Below, piece after piece: positions 63,132 to 64,000 of a stretch of DNA of 64,000 nt. The position numbers and the translations under genes were made by a program. The notes beneath the pieces were generated by a model. That model was not told where the DNA came from. It did no database searches and saw only the letters and a list, made by a program, of their open reading frames with translations. The DNA comes from a virus, in the IMG/VR virus record IMGVR_UViG_3300049827_000246, positions 4,566 to 68,565 of that record. The stretch is one strand, 5' to 3'. How positions within the stretch are numbered: the first letter of the stretch is position 1; every line of letters starts with the position of its first letter.

Positions 63132-64000
63132 TCAAACGGTTCCCTCAGTGAGAAGTGACCAAGCATATTTATCCCAGTTTTCCAATGTCGCGTTCGGCCC
63201 GACAAGACCCTGGTCCTTTGCAAACGTTGTGAAAGTTTCTGCAGCCTTTTTGTTCATAGGGGTACCTAAACCTAACACGCGAGTGGCCCGGATGCTGACG
63301 TCCACTTGGCCTCCTTTCTGAGCGTACCCAACTGATTGAACAATCCAGTCCTCAATAAAGTTACCTGTCAAGGATGGCACATAAAGGATATCATACGGTT
63401 TGATGCCAACAAGAAGAGGACACATAAGGCTGTCCATGCTAAGCTCTGAGCTTTTTTCGTCGTTGAGGGCATTTTGACGGGCCGGTGCTAAGGGGTTATC
63501 CTTATTCTGAATCCCCAGACTACTACGGTTATTCGCAGTCCCAAGGGGTGAGGAAGTGCGCTGGGCTGCGGGATCACTTTCCGAAACTTGCGGTGAAGTT
63601 GCAGGAGATTGCGAAGTGAAACGCCCTGTGCGCGAATCCCGTGCTCTTACCTGGTTCCCAGGAGTTTTCTCATTGTCTTGCTGCGGAGGTTTCCAGTTTG
63701 AGGTTCGGGATATGGAATCGATAATGGAAGGCCCAAGAATGTAGCCGTAACGCTTGGTTACGTCTGGCAGTTGACCGTAGGGGATTTCTGTGGCACCGTT
63801 CAAGACAACCTCTTGAGGGCTATCCGGTTTTTCTTGGTAGCTGAAAGGAGGCATAACAACAACGGAAGCTTGTCCGATGTTGATTCCCATCATGGAGTCC
63901 CCAGTTTGCTTCGCGATATTGGCGATGTTATTTCCGAACGTCCAGTCGTTACCATAGGCACTCGACAGCTTGGCTCGCTTCGCGTACTGCAATGAAAACT
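63132..64000 (-). CDS. C-terminal part of a probable baseplate-hub/tail protein (5' end outside window)
   Basis: Frame is open to the window edge; C-terminal PLLVGIKPYDILYV...WIVQSVGY...VSIRA resembles hub barrels. Confidence 0.4.
   Translation of the reverse strand, partial: FSLQYAKRAKLSSAYGNDWTFGNNIANIAKQTGDSMMGINIGQASVVVMPPFSYQEKPDSPQEVVLNGATEIPYGQLPDVTKRYGYILGPSIIDSISRTSNWKPPQQDNEKTPGNQVRARDSRTGRFTSQSPATSPQVSESDPAAQRTSSPLGTANNRSSLGIQNKDNPLAPARQNALNDEKSSELSMDSLMCPLLVGIKPYDILYVPSLTGNFIEDWIVQSVGYAQKGGQVDVSIRATRVLGLGTPMNKKAAETFTTFAKDQGLVGPNATLENWDKYAWSLLTEGTV

Overview
This is a 64 kb segment of a large dsDNA cyanophage infecting Synechococcus/Cyanobium-type hosts, with essentially all genes on the minus strand. 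From left to right it contains: (i) a Ser/Thr-phosphatase-type metallophosphoesterase, an ArdA-like gene and a 164-bp AT-rich element bounded by perfect 23-bp inverted repeats; (ii) a five-gene cluster at 3336-8119 encoding a TET/JBP-like 2OG-Fe(II) dioxygenase, an aGPT-Pplase2/amino-acid:DNA-transferase-like protein, myo-inositol-1-phosphate synthase, a HAD phosphatase and a P-loop kinase, which I infer to be a DNA hypermodification pathway that may attach inositol to a base (top finding); (iii) about 20 kb of small early ORFs, including an AT-rich island with its own promoter repeat and a GC-rich paralog array; (iv) six canonical tRNAs, three aberrant tRNA-like RNAs and a 1.5 kb structured non-coding region; (v) dps, an endolysin, psbD, an Endo VII-type homing endonuclease and psbA split by two group I introns, one carrying an HNH gene; (vi) a 1460-aa protein with three tandem kinase domains, an L,D-transpeptidase, two Hsp20s, two sigma factors, nrdA fused to glutaredoxin, nrdB, a peroxiredoxin, two hli genes, petF, speD, a dCMP deaminase, MazG, a helicase-like protein and an SSB-like protein. 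Two recurring promoter architectures are visible. All assignments come from motifs read by eye; no database searches were run.
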